The notes: generated by a model from the sequence alone, not told the origin. A stretch of 45,736 bases of DNA from Nitrospinaceae bacterium (GCA_020343535.1 CP070799.1:1723975-1769710); one strand, 5' to 3'; shown: positions 25,192 to 35,400, counted from the stretch's first letter. Program-made: numbers and translations.

Positions 25192-26439
25192 CTAACTGCC
25201 GCGACCCGCGAGGGAACCCACTTTAATTCCCAGGTACTTCTTGATTTCCTCAACGATCACTTCGGAAGGCAGCGTCATGCCGCCGGCCACTTGCGGACCG
25301 CAGATGACTCGGTCGTTGTCGTTGATCACGGACTTGATTTCTCGGGCCAGCCAGCCGGCCATGTTGAATTCGGGCACGAAAATGTGCTTGGCGTTCTTAA
25401 CCGCTTCGCGGACTTCCTCGTGCGGAAAGGGGCGGATGGTCTTGATCTTGACCAGGCCCACCTTGATGCCCTCTTCCTCGAGCAGACGAATCGCCTCGCG
25501 GCCCTGCGACACGGCCGTGCCAGAACTAACGATCAGAATATCCCGGTCGTTGTTCTCGACGTCGATAAGCCCGCCGATCAGCGCCGCGGTGTGCTTTCTC
25601 GAACGCTCAATGGCGGCGCGCACTTCCTGCTGCCAGGAGGCGTGCGTCGAATAACTGATGTAATTGGACTTCATGACGAACGGATCGCGCATCATCCTGA
25701 TGGGCGGACATTCCATGTCCATGCACGGCACCGGAGACTTGTAAGGATCGTAGGGGGTCAGGCAAAGGTCTTCGGGAGTCAGCTCGACGGTATCCTTGGT
25801 GTGGGTTACGAAAAACCCGTCGCAACACACCGCGATCGGCAGGTGCACGTCCGGCTGCTCGGCGACGATGAAGCCTTTAAGGATAAAATCGTAAAGGTCC
25901 TGCGCGGTTTCGGCGTGCCAGAGCAACATACCGGATTCGAGCAGGTAGGACAGTTCCAGGGTGTCGGGCTGAATGCTGAGCGGCGAATTGACGCCGCGCA
26001 TGGTGACGCACACCTGGATCGGCAGCCGCGAACCAGCCCACATGGAAAAATTCTCCATGGCACGCAGCGTTCCCGGACCGGCGGTGGTGGTGAACACGCG
26101 CATGCCACCGAACGCCGCTCCCGCGCACTGGCTCATGACCGCGAATTCGCTCTCGCCGCGGAAATAGTCGTCGAGATAGCCCTCGGCGTAGAGTTCGCCG
26201 ATGAGAGCGGCCGCCTCGCTCTGCGGCGTAATGGGATAAGCGATGGACATCCCCACGCTCGCCCGCTTAATGGCTTCACGAATCACCTCACTGCCGGTCA
26301 GGAAGCTGGCCGTGCGCTCGGCCTCAAAGAACATCTCGTTGACATCGGTAAAGGTTTGACCCTTTTTGTTCTTGGTGCCCAGCTTGACATGCCGCGATTT
26401 TATAATTCTGCCTTTGGGGGACTCGACTTGTTTATTCAT
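25192..26439 (-). CDS. 2-oxoacid:ferredoxin oxidoreductase alpha subunit
   Basis: 415 aa. GSEVIREAIKRASVGMSIAYPITPQSE and TTTAGPGTLRAMENF are typical of the OFOR alpha (pyrimidine-binding) domain. Confidence 0.9.
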   Translation of the reverse strand: MNKQVESPKGRIIKSRHVKLGTKNKKGQTFTDVNEMFFEAERTASFLTGSEVIREAIKRASVGMSIAYPITPQSEAAALIGELYAEGYLDDYFRGESEFAVMSQCAGAAFGGMRVFTTTAGPGTLRAMENFSMWAGSRLPIQVCVTMRGVNSPLSIQPDTLELSYLLESGMLLWHAETAQDLYDFILKGFIVAEQPDVHLPIAVCCDGFFVTHTKDTVELTPEDLCLTPYDPYKSPVPCMDMECPPIRMMRDPFVMKSNYISYSTHASWQQEVRAAIERSRKHTAALIGGLIDVENNDRDILIVSSGTAVSQGREAIRLLEEEGIKVGLVKIKTIRPFPHEEVREAVKNAKHIFVPEFNMAGWLAREIKSVINDNDRVICGPQVAGGMTLPSEVIVEEIKKYLGIKVGSLAGRGS

Positions 26440-26529
26440 AAAATCACTCCCTTAAAATGACGCCCGTGACTGCGCCAAAAAGAAATAAGATTTCCAGCTC
26501 CCCACCAGCTGGGGGACTCCCCGGCCGCT

Positions 26530-27162
26530 TCAGGCGACCTGGCCTGTGCAAGCAGTTTTGAACTGCTCGAATGGGATTGCCTGGCTTTTCACTCCCTGCT
26601 TCTTGAGTTTTTCAACGGCTTCCTGCAGTTTCTGAATCTTCTCCACCGTGGCGTCGCGGAAAGACAGGCAGGCATCCTCGTGCCCGGCCTGCGCGCACAT
26701 GGCCATGGTGTAGCAATCTGTGCCGCCGCGGATGATCTTGAGCGCCAGGTTGGCCTGGTGGCAATGAACTCCGACGAATATGCAAACGTCAATTTTATTG
26801 TACCAAATGGTCAAGTTCGGATGGTTCGGATTGATCTCCACCGCCGGCTCGATCTTGGGATACTTGGGGCGGTAGTCGGCCATGGGAATCAGCCGCGCTG
26901 GAATGGCTTCGGCGAGCTTTCTGATCGCAGCCGCTTTTGCCGCCGCATTTTCGTTCCATTTCCAGAGGACGAGCGGGCCGGGAAAAATCGTCGGCACCTT
27001 GGCTTCAAGGAATTTTCGCGCGGCGTATTCGTAGGCTTCTTCCTCGGGAACGATACGACCTTCAATATGGGCTTCACCGGGGTCGGGAAGCACGATACCC
27101 ATCGATGCGGCGGCAGGAGCAAGAAATGCCTCCGGGCCAGCTTTGACCTGATATTGGCTCAT
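26530..27162 (-). CDS. fifth (epsilon) subunit of a five-subunit-type 2-oxoacid:ferredoxin oxidoreductase
   Basis: First gene of the operon, 210 aa (about 23 kDa). Size and position fit the extra PorE/ForE subunit of the Hydrogenobacter-type enzymes. The assignment rests on context and size, not on a motif I can verify. Confidence 0.6.
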   Translation of the reverse strand: MSQYQVKAGPEAFLAPAAASMGIVLPDPGEAHIEGRIVPEEEAYEYAARKFLEAKVPTIFPGPLVLWKWNENAAAKAAAIRKLAEAIPARLIPMADYRPKYPKIEPAVEINPNHPNLTIWYNKIDVCIFVGVHCHQANLALKIIRGGTDCYTMAMCAQAGHEDACLSFRDATVEKIQKLQEAVEKLKKQGVKSQAIPFEQFKTACTGQVA

Positions 27163-27206
27163 TATGCAACCTTTAAATTTAGAGTTTTCAATTGTAGAAA
27201 GAGCTC

Positions 27207-27235
27207 AATATAACCACTTCCGTAAAAGTTGTCAA
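27207..27235 (-). promoter_or_regulatory. near-consensus sigma70 promoter of the oxidoreductase operon
   Basis: The minus strand reads TTGACA (complement of 27230-27235), exactly 17 nt, then TATATT (complement of 27207-27212). The -10 box ends about 45 nt upstream of the epsilon ATG. Confidence 0.5.
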
Positions 27236-27631
27236 ACCTTTTCAGGGACGATCCCCGAACAGGACTGGGGAATTGTCGAGCCCTGCCATTATAACCATTT
27301 ACCTACGGTTCCAGTACCCTTTTCACACCCTGGGCAAGGGCTGAAAACAGCACCCGTCCAAGGGGTGACGGTGCGGCCTTTTAAGGCCCTTTGACCCCGG
27401 CCCGAAAAAATACCCTCCGGGCACCCGAAGGAATCAATAAGGACTAATTATACAATGAATTACCTAGTATTTGATGGCGGGCCTTCTTTTCCGCCTGCTC
27501 TTACGCCCGCCCCTTGCGAATGGCGACCGCCGCCCGCCGGAGTTCAATGTCTGCACCCTGTCACGCATCAGGGCGATAGGTTCCGCGGCCGCAACCCGGC
27601 TTGCAAAGAATACCCCTCAGGATGCGGTGCC

Positions 27632-28135
27632 TCAAAAGCCGGCGGCCTTGATTTCAAGGAGAACCGCCAGGTGCCTTTTCTCCTCCGCCAAAAGGTGGGA
27701 GAAAATCGCCCGGACGTCAATTTTCCGCTCTCCGTTCATCAACTCCGTGAGCACTTCGATGGAGCGCTGCTCCGAGCGGATGCCAATTTCCAGCGCCTGA
27801 AGGTCGCTGTCCACCCCCTCGAGGTCGGCCTCCACACTGTCGGGAAAAACCTTGCCCTTGAGCTCCCGGACGATGAATTCCTCCACGTCGGTCCTCGCCC
27901 TCGCCCTCTTAAGAAGCGCGGGCCTTAAAAACTCGGCCTTGGCCTTGAGGCTCTGAATGTGTTCCTTTTCCTCTCGGGCGAGGGACTTGAAGATCTCCCG
28001 CACTCTGGGGTGCTGAACCCGCTTGGCCGCTTTTTCGTAAAACCGTCGCCCCTCCCGCTCAATGAACAGGCTCACCTCGATGGCATCGATGCATTGCAGG
28101 TTGACCGCGGTGGAGGAGTTTTCGATTTTCTTCAT
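27632..28135 (-). CDS. rubrerythrin/ferritin-like diiron protein (no rubredoxin domain)
   Basis: Two E...ExxH half-sites: EREGRRFYEKAA...LAREEKEHIQSL and IRSEQRSIEVL...LLAEEKRHLAVL. 167 aa. Confidence 0.7.
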   Translation of the reverse strand: MKKIENSSTAVNLQCIDAIEVSLFIEREGRRFYEKAAKRVQHPRVREIFKSLAREEKEHIQSLKAKAEFLRPALLKRARARTDVEEFIVRELKGKVFPDSVEADLEGVDSDLQALEIGIRSEQRSIEVLTELMNGERKIDVRAIFSHLLAEEKRHLAVLLEIKAAGF

Positions 28136-28437
28136 GGCTGGCGACCGTTTCTTTCCAGGCTCTTTGGATGTCCGATGGCTTCCGCCCGCAGGGAATGATA
28201 TTTTTCCACGGGCTCCTTCCAGCCTTCCACTGTATCACAAGTTGACCCCGGGCCATGTGCCCCCTGCTTCTCCGCGACGCGGGCCGCCTTCTATTGAGCC
28301 TCGCTTTATGTTACTATAAGGCCGTCCGTTCGCGGTGGGTGGGGCTTGGGCACGGTCCCCCAATTGCCCCAGGCCCGGCGGGACTGACTTATCTATCAAT
28401 ACCTTGGACTCCCACCCGGCACCCTCTTCTCACACCC

Positions 28438-28875
28438 ATGACCATGAAAAAAGTAAAAATTTTCACCGATGGCTGCTGTAAGGGGAATCCCGGGCCAGGC
28501 GGCTATGGCTGCATTATCAAATACAATGGTCAGGTCAAGGAATTCAAGGGCGCCGAGAAAGACACCACCAACAATATTATGGAACTCTACGCCGCCGTGT
28601 TCGCCCTGGAGCAGTTGAAAGAGCCCTGCGAAGTGGAACTGACCACCGACTCCCAGTACCTGGTTAAAGGCATGACCGAATGGATCGGCGGCTGGATGAA
28701 AAAAGGTTGGAAAACCTCTTCCGGCCAGCCGGTGAAAAACAAGACGCTCTGGCAGGACCTACACCGCTTAAGCGGTATTCACCGGATCTCCTGGGTCTGG
28801 GTGCGCGGCCACAACGGCCATCCGGAAAACGAGCGCTGCGACGAGCTTGCCAACGAAGCCATGGCCTTCCTTTAA
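28438..28875 (+). CDS. rnhA: ribonuclease HI
   Basis: [34 protein letters not shown], and [14 protein letters not shown] (DEDD catalytic residues). The start is the ATG at 28438 (or 28444), not the track start at 28255. Confidence 0.9.
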   Translation: MTMKKVKIFTDGCCKGNPGPGGYGCIIKYNGQVKEFKGAEKDTTNNIMELYAAVFALEQLKEPCEVELTTDSQYLVKGMTEWIGGWMKKGWKTSSGQPVKNKTLWQDLHRLSGIHRISWVWVRGHNGHPENERCDELANEAMAFL

Positions 28876-28899
28876 AATCGAATCAGGAGCTGACTCTCC

Positions 28900-30090
28900 A
28901 TGCCCATTTCTTCCCTCACCGCCGCTAGAAACCAGACCGCCGGGCGCCGCCCGCGGCCCACGGGGGCCGGCTTCCTTCTCTTGGTTTTTTCCCTGCTTGC
29001 GGCGGCGTGCGCCCTGGCTGCAGAAACCTCCGAAAAATCAAAATATATCGCTGAGGACCTCAACCGCGCCTCGCTGAAAAAGGCCATCCGCAACCAACTC
29101 GAAGCCATGCACGAGGCCGACCCGGCCAAGAAGGTGCGCCTGGGGAACCACACGTTGACGCAGGCGAAGCTTAGGCAGGGGCTGGAGGATTTTCTGAAGC
29201 TGATCGAGCAGAACCTACCCAACGAAGAGTTCAACCGACGCCTGAAGGAAAAATTTCAATTCGTCAAGGTGGGCGTTGGCCGCGGCAAGAAGGTCGTCTT
29301 CACCGGCTACTACACGCCGGTGATTGAGGCCAGCCCGGTGCGCACCGAGGAATATAAATATCCGCTGTACCGCATTCCCGAAAGCGGCAGCCAGCTGCGC
29401 CTGATCGGCCTTGAGGCAAAGAAAGGCGCTCAACCGAACGCGGCTTCCTGGAAAGATTTCACCCGTGAGCAGATCGACCACCATCAGGTCTTGAAAGGCC
29501 AGGGGCTTGAAATCGCCTGGCTGAAGAACGACCTGGAGCGCTTCTTTCTGCACATCCAGGGCTCCGGCTGGCTCGAGTTCCCCGACGGCAAACGCTGGGG
29601 CGTGCGTTACCTGGGCGCCAACGAGCACCCGTACACCGGCATCGGCAAGTTGATGGTCAAGGATGGGGTGATCGACCTTTCGCAAGGGTCTATGCAGGGG
29701 ATCAAGAAATATCTGCGCGAGAACCCGCGCCAGATGCCCAAGTACTTCTACCAGAACAAGCGCTATATCTTTTTCACTCTGACGCAGGAAGGCCCTCGGG
29801 GCTCTGGGGGCGGAGAGGTCGTCGCGGAGCGGTCCATCGCCACCGACAAGTCCGTTTATCCGGCCGGGGCACTGGCCTTCATCCGCCTGAAAATCCCGGT
29901 GGTTGATGAACGCGGGGAAATCACCCACTGGAAGAACGTTTCGCGGTTCGTCGTCGATCAGGACACCGGCAGCGACATCCGCGGACCGGGCCGGGCCGAT
30001 CTTTATTTCGGATCGGGGTTTGAGGCGGGGGTGAAAGCCGGTCATTATAAACAGCCCGGCGACGTCTATTACCTGCTGCCGAAGAGCTGA
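28900..30090 (+). CDS. mltA: membrane-bound lytic murein transglycosylase A
   Basis: MltA domain (FTGYYTPVIEAS, FFLHIQGSGWLEF) and 3D domain (RSIATDKSVYPAGALAFI, FVVDQDTGSDIRGPGRADLYFG). Signal peptide ending LLAAAC, a possible lipobox. Confidence 0.85.
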   Translation: MPISSLTAARNQTAGRRPRPTGAGFLLLVFSLLAAACALAAETSEKSKYIAEDLNRASLKKAIRNQLEAMHEADPAKKVRLGNHTLTQAKLRQGLEDFLKLIEQNLPNEEFNRRLKEKFQFVKVGVGRGKKVVFTGYYTPVIEASPVRTEEYKYPLYRIPESGSQLRLIGLEAKKGAQPNAASWKDFTREQIDHHQVLKGQGLEIAWLKNDLERFFLHIQGSGWLEFPDGKRWGVRYLGANEHPYTGIGKLMVKDGVIDLSQGSMQGIKKYLRENPRQMPKYFYQNKRYIFFTLTQEGPRGSGGGEVVAERSIATDKSVYPAGALAFIRLKIPVVDERGEITHWKNVSRFVVDQDTGSDIRGPGRADLYFGSGFEAGVKAGHYKQPGDVYYLLPKS

Positions 30091-30117
30091 AAGCCCTTTC
30101 CCGCCCCCCTCCGAGCC

Positions 30118-30801
30118 TTAACCCGGGGGCAGGGGTTCCGCCCAGCCGTATTTGCCGAGCAGGGGTCCGAACTTGCAATCCCCGATATCTTCCTGGCGCA
30201 CCGTCCCGCATTCCCGAATCACCCGGACCAGCTTCTGCCCGCCGCCGTTATCCGCGACAGGAATCACCAACCGCCCACCCTCCCCCAGCTGCGCCACTAG
30301 GTTCTCCGGCACACTCGGCGACGACGCGGCGATGAGGATGGCGTCGAACGGAGCCTGGTCGGGCCAGCCGTAGGTTCCATCGAAGACCTTGAATACGATC
30401 TTCATGTAACCGAGCCGGTCAAGAATCCGTTGCGCTTTCAGGGAGATGGAGCGGATGCGCTCGATGGTGAACACCTGGCCCGCCATTTCCGCCAGCACCG
30501 CCGTCTGGTAACCGGAGCCGGTACCGATTTCCAGCACTTTTTCCTTGCCCTTGAGGGCCAGCGCCTCGGTCATGGCCGCGACGGTGTAGGGGTGGGATAT
30601 CGTCTGGCTCTCGCCGATGGGCAGCGGGTGGTCGCCGTAGGCGCGGTGCTGCAACGATTCGTGCACGAAGAGATGCCGGGGAATCCGGTTCATGGCTTCG
30701 AGAATCCTCGGGTCGCGAATGCCCCGGGAGGCCAGTTGATCGTCGACCATTTTTCTGCGCTGGCCGGAATATTTCAAGGCCTCGCCATCAATACCTTTCA
30801 T
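30118..30801 (-). CDS. pcm: protein-L-isoaspartate O-methyltransferase
   Basis: PRHLFV, TISHPYTVA, VLEIGTGSGYQTAVLA. I prefer the ATG at 30801 with GGGAGG 10 nt upstream; the track start at 30807 is a TTG. Confidence 0.9.
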   Translation of the reverse strand: MKGIDGEALKYSGQRRKMVDDQLASRGIRDPRILEAMNRIPRHLFVHESLQHRAYGDHPLPIGESQTISHPYTVAAMTEALALKGKEKVLEIGTGSGYQTAVLAEMAGQVFTIERIRSISLKAQRILDRLGYMKIVFKVFDGTYGWPDQAPFDAILIAASSPSVPENLVAQLGEGGRLVIPVADNGGGQKLVRVIRECGTVRQEDIGDCKFGPLLGKYGWAEPLPPG

Positions 30802-31009
30802 GGCCAAGCCGCCTCCCTATATTATATAGAATTCTCTCATACCGACCGCCAGCCTCCCCCGGCTGGTCCCGGCTGTTTTACCGCTGCCATCCCCTAAAGC
30901 CCAAGCCTCACCGAGGACGTTGACGGACATCAGAAATCCTTCGCCTTTGAAATCGTGCGGGTGGAAAAAGGAGGAAGCACGGGCCAGCCCGGCCCGCGAA
31001 AGAAAGGAC

Positions 31010-31327
31010 TCAGTTAAGAGGGCTGAGGTCATCGGCCTCCCGGAACCCGCTGAGGGAATAGCCGTGCGGGTTGAACCCAGTGGCGCAGCCCGGCAACGCA
31101 CCAATTTTCTTGGGGTTTTGATAAAACACAAGGTCCCAGTGGTCGTTGCATCCGTCGTACTTCAGCAGGTAGATATTGCCATCGTCCGCCCGAACCTTGA
31201 AGTAGTTCGCCCCCTCCCCATACCACCGATCGATGATGTCCTCCACCTTGTACTTGCGATCGATCAGCTTAAAGGCAACGGGCTTTTCGTTCAATTTGTA
31301 GCCGGAGTGGCATTCCACCTTTAACAT
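31010..31327 (-). CDS. small hypothetical protein (105 aa)
   Basis: Non-repetitive, balanced composition (MLKVECHSGYKLNEKPVAFKLIDRKYKVEDIIDRWYGEGANYFKVRADDGNIYLLKYDGCNDHWDLVFY). It sits alone between intergenic regions. I recognise no family. Confidence 0.55.
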   Translation of the reverse strand: MLKVECHSGYKLNEKPVAFKLIDRKYKVEDIIDRWYGEGANYFKVRADDGNIYLLKYDGCNDHWDLVFYQNPKKIGALPGCATGFNPHGYSLSGFREADDLSPLN

Positions 31328-31369
31328 GGGTGTATGTTATGACGTTGGATGGGAAAAGTAAACTATTTT

Positions 31370-31399
31370 TTGACTTCCGGGAAACATTAGTCATATAAT
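31370..31399 (+). promoter_or_regulatory. near-consensus sigma70 promoter upstream of the M28 peptidase gene
   Basis: TTGACT (31370-31375), 18-nt spacer, TATAAT (31394-31399). Confidence 0.45.
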
Positions 31400-31517
31400 C
31401 CTTAACACCTGAAAAATCAATTATATTGGGCATTCCTGGAGAGCCTTTGCCGGGCCATTGACCCGGCTGGAATCTGCACGGGCTACCCACCGAGGCGAAC
31501 TGGAACGAAAGCCTTCT

Positions 31518-32387
31518 ATGACCGCAACAAGCATCGAAAATATTCGCCGGCATCTCGAGGCCCTGATCGGAGAAAGAAACCCTTTTTCTTCCCCCGCCGC
31601 GCTGGACTCGGCGGGGGGCTACCTTGAAGCGCAGTTCCGCATGCTGAAGCTCGACGTGCGGACCGAGCCGGTGGGTTTCGAAGGCATCGAGTCGAACAAT
31701 GTTCTAGGCGTCCTGCCCGGCGCCAAACCGTTGGCGGAACCGTTCGTTCTTGCGGCTCACTACGATACCGTCGAAGGCAGTCCTGGCGCCGATGACAACG
31801 CCAGCGCCGTTGCCGCCCTTCTGGAAACCGCCCGCCTGCTCGGGGGCGCTTCACTTGCCGCGCCGCTGGTACTGGCGGCATTCACTCTGGAGGAATACGG
31901 CTTCATCGGCAGCCGGGACTTTATCGAGCGGGCCAAGGGTCAGGGGTTTTGCGGCATGATTTCGCTGGAAATGGTGGGTTACTCCGATTCGGCGCCGGGC
32001 TCGCAAAGCTACCCGCCGTATATCGACGCCAGCCGCTACCCCGACCGGGGCGACTTCGTCGCCGTGGTCGGCAACGAGCCCTCGGATGCACTCACCCAGG
32101 CGGTTAGCGAGGGGCTTCGGCAATCGTCGCCCGCCCTCGCGGTGGAACAACTCGTGGTTCCCGGACGCGGGGATATGTTCCGTGAAGTCAACCTGAGCGA
32201 TCACTCTCCGTTCTGGCAAAACGGCACTCCGGCGGTGATGATCACCGACACGGCGTTTCTTCGAAACCCGAATTATCATCAGGCCACCGACACCCTCGAA
32301 ACCCTGGACCTTGACTTGATCGCCAACGTTGCGCTCGGGGTTGCCGGGTTTTTAAAACATTATCTCAGCGCGGGACGCCTGAAATGA
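31518..32387 (+). CDS. M28-family aminopeptidase/metallopeptidase
   Basis: AAHYDTVEGSPGADDNASAVAALLE and FTLEEYGFIGS zinc-ligand motifs. I prefer the ATG at 31518; the track start at 31458 is a TTG. Confidence 0.8.
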   Translation: MTATSIENIRRHLEALIGERNPFSSPAALDSAGGYLEAQFRMLKLDVRTEPVGFEGIESNNVLGVLPGAKPLAEPFVLAAHYDTVEGSPGADDNASAVAALLETARLLGGASLAAPLVLAAFTLEEYGFIGSRDFIERAKGQGFCGMISLEMVGYSDSAPGSQSYPPYIDASRYPDRGDFVAVVGNEPSDALTQAVSEGLRQSSPALAVEQLVVPGRGDMFREVNLSDHSPFWQNGTPAVMITDTAFLRNPNYHQATDTLETLDLDLIANVALGVAGFLKHYLSAGRLK

Positions 32388-32457
32388 TTTCTGCATTCGT
32401 TGCAGCTTTTGATCCGGCCTATATCTATATTAAGGAAAACGTTACGAGGGGCCCTTC

Positions 32458-35400
32458 GTGAAACCTGAAAAGATTCCGGACATCATCGCGCCCGCCGAGT
32501 GGGCGCCCCAAACAAAGGCCACCGGGGGCGAAAGGGCCAATGGCGGAAGCCCGCCGGGGCCGCCGGCGAAAAAGCGCCGTTCGTTTTTGGCCTCGCTGTT
32601 GCGCATCGTCTTTCTGCTGCTTGTCGTTTTGGCCCTTTTGCCTGTCGCCGCCGAGATTGCCCTGCGCCACGTCCCCTTCGAAACCTGGAAACCGGTGGCC
32701 GAGCAAGAGCTCTCGCGAACGCTCAAGATGCCCGTCACTCTGAACGATGCCCATATCAGCCTGCTGAGCGGCGCACGCATTCAGGGGGTGACGGTGGGCG
32801 GCGAAACGCCATTGGTGCAGGTGCGAGAAATGGTGCTGGATTACGATCTTTTCGAGCTCATTGAAGGCCGCCTCACCGTCAACCAGGTGCTGGTGGACCG
32901 GCCCGAGCTCCACCTCGTCGAGAAAGACGGGCGCTGGAATTTTCAGCCACTCCTCGACCGGGACAAGGCAGCCTCCCCCGTTCCGGAACCCGCCGCCAAA
33001 CCTCTCGGCGGCCTGCCGCCGATTCCCCTGGACGTGTCCGTCAACCTATCGGTCAAAAATCTGCACCTGCATTTCGAGCGCGAAGGGCGGGACCGGGGCA
33101 GCGTGGACGGGCTGTCGCTCGCCGCCCGCGGAACCCTGGAGAAGGAAGCGATCGACCTGGCGCTGGCGATTGAGATGAGCCGCCCGCCGGGACAGGGGGC
33201 GAAACACAACCTGGAATACGTGTCCAGCCAGAGCCCGGGCACCCGCGTTAAGACCCTGGCGCTCGCGGACCTGAGCTTCACCACCGGCGACCTCAACCGC
33301 ATCGGCCTTTCCGGTCGGTTTTCTCTTTCAAACAGCCAGCTGAAACTCGGCGATGCGCTGCCCGCCCCCGACCTGTCGAGCGACTTCGATATCGGCCTGG
33401 CGCTGAAGGAGCAGGCGCTCGACATCAACAGGCTGTACCTAGAAATCGACAGGACGCACCGCATAAAACTCAATGCCGCCGTGCGGGAGTATCTCACCCA
33501 CCCGCACCTCGACCTCACGCTGGCCGAGGCCGCGTTCGACATCGAAAAAGCCCTCAGGCTGGCGGAACCATGGCTTCCCCCCACCCAGGCACGGGGCACG
33601 CTGACTCTCACCGGCATCCACGTCGCGGGGGACTTTCCCGATTTCAAGCCGGGCACCCTGGTGGTGGATTCCGGCCGCATGGACGCGGCAAAACTTCAGG
33701 CGAAGCACGGCCCCGCCGAGGTCCGCGGCATGAACGCTCGGGTGAACCTGAAAAACCTGAAATTAATCGAAGGCCTGCCCAAAGATCTCCAGGTCGTGGC
33801 CGGTATTCAGGCGGATTACGCCCGCCTTCATTTGGCCGGCGGCGCGCCGGGTCCGGCCGAGGCCAGGGGCGTGGACGCGCGAGTGACGGTCGATCGGCTC
33901 ACGCTAAAGCGGGGAGTGCCCGAAAACTTGAGCGCCACCGCTCATCTGCAGGTGGCGGACGCTAAGGCGGGCGAGTTCAGCCTCGCGGGCCTGAGCCAGT
34001 CTGTCGACATCGAAGCGGCAAACCCCCGCCTCACCGACGTGAAGCTCGCCTTTAACACCGCCCTGAAATCCTTCGCCACCGCCCACCCCAAACTGGCCGG
34101 GCTGAACCTGCCTATCAATATGGAGGGGTCGCTTACGGGCAATTGGGCGGAGGGAGATTTCCCCTCGGTTGAGATCGGTTACTCGGCTGGTGGCGCCGTT
34201 CAGGGCGCCGTATCGGCCAGCGCGAAAAAGCTCGGCCGCGAAGGCTTTCAGCTCCAGAAAAACACCCGTCTCGATCTCGCGGCGGTGCAGGGCCTGATCC
34301 CCAGCGCATGGCTCGAAAGGCTGAAGGGGCTTTCCCTCGGCGGCCACGCCGCGCTGACCACCGAGATCGAGGGAACGCTGGATCCGCAGTTGAAGCCGAA
34401 ACGCCTGGCCGCGACTACGTGCGTCGATGTCGAGGGCCTCGATGCCGCCCTCACCGAACCGGCACTGGACCTTCGCCAACTGACCGCCCAGCTGTCCTTT
34501 CCGGCGAAGTACGACCAGGCCCTGGGAGCACAGTTGGGCTCGCTGCGCCTTCAAGCCGATTTCGACGGCCTCGAGGCCCTCGGCAACTGGCGGATCACCG
34601 GCGGCCATGCCGAGGCCGAAGTCGCGGCGGGTAAACAATACATCGCCCTGCCGCCGGCGGCGGACATTCCGCTGACCCATCGCCTCGTGGCCCGCGTTCA
34701 GCGTGTGCATTCCGCCGAGCCTTCGCTCGAACTCAGCGCGCTTGGCCTCGACGCCAAGTTGCAAGCCCAGGTTACCCCGATGAATGAAATTAAAAATGTG
34801 AACGTGGATGGGACGCTTTCCCTCGACGACGGCCGGGCGATTGAAAAAATCACCACCGGCGGCCTCGCCAGCACCTTTCACCTCTTCGCCGCCGACCGCA
34901 GCCTCACAACCACTCGGGCCTCGGTGACCCTCGACCTGAAAGCCCCCGGCTACCGCGACGGCGAGTGGCGGCTGGAGCCCGGCCCCACCCGCTTCGCCGG
35001 CACGACGAAGCAAAACCTGAAAACCGGCGACATCGATATCGAGAAGGCCAAGCTGTCCATCGGTTCGCTCCTCGACTGGGAGGCGAGCGGCCAGGCGAAT
35101 CAGTGGGGCAAAGAGTTCGATCTTAAAACCCGCACCTCCAACCTGATGCTGGCCCGCCTCCTGCCGCTTCTGCCGCCAGAGCTCGCCGGGCAACTGAGCG
35201 GCCTCAGGATCGATGGCGAGGCGCGGCTGAACCTGGACGCCAAGGGCCGCCGCCCCGGTGGGTTCGACCGCAAGCGGCCGAAAATTCCCCTCGACGTCCA
35301 CGCTCTTCTCGAACTCGAAAATGGACTCGTCGAGTGGCCTGGGAAAAACCTCCATATCAAATCGGCGAACGTTTCGACACGGCTCGACACCGAGGGCCAG

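Noticed and set aside
27164-27394. 76-aa plus-strand ORF in the oxidoreductase upstream region, with an internal AQYNHF / CHYNHL repeat.
   Set aside because: The peptide repeat only mirrors the DNA repeat ATAACCAYTT that overlaps the minus-strand promoter elements. There is no SD, and the ORF begins inside the epsilon-subunit start region.
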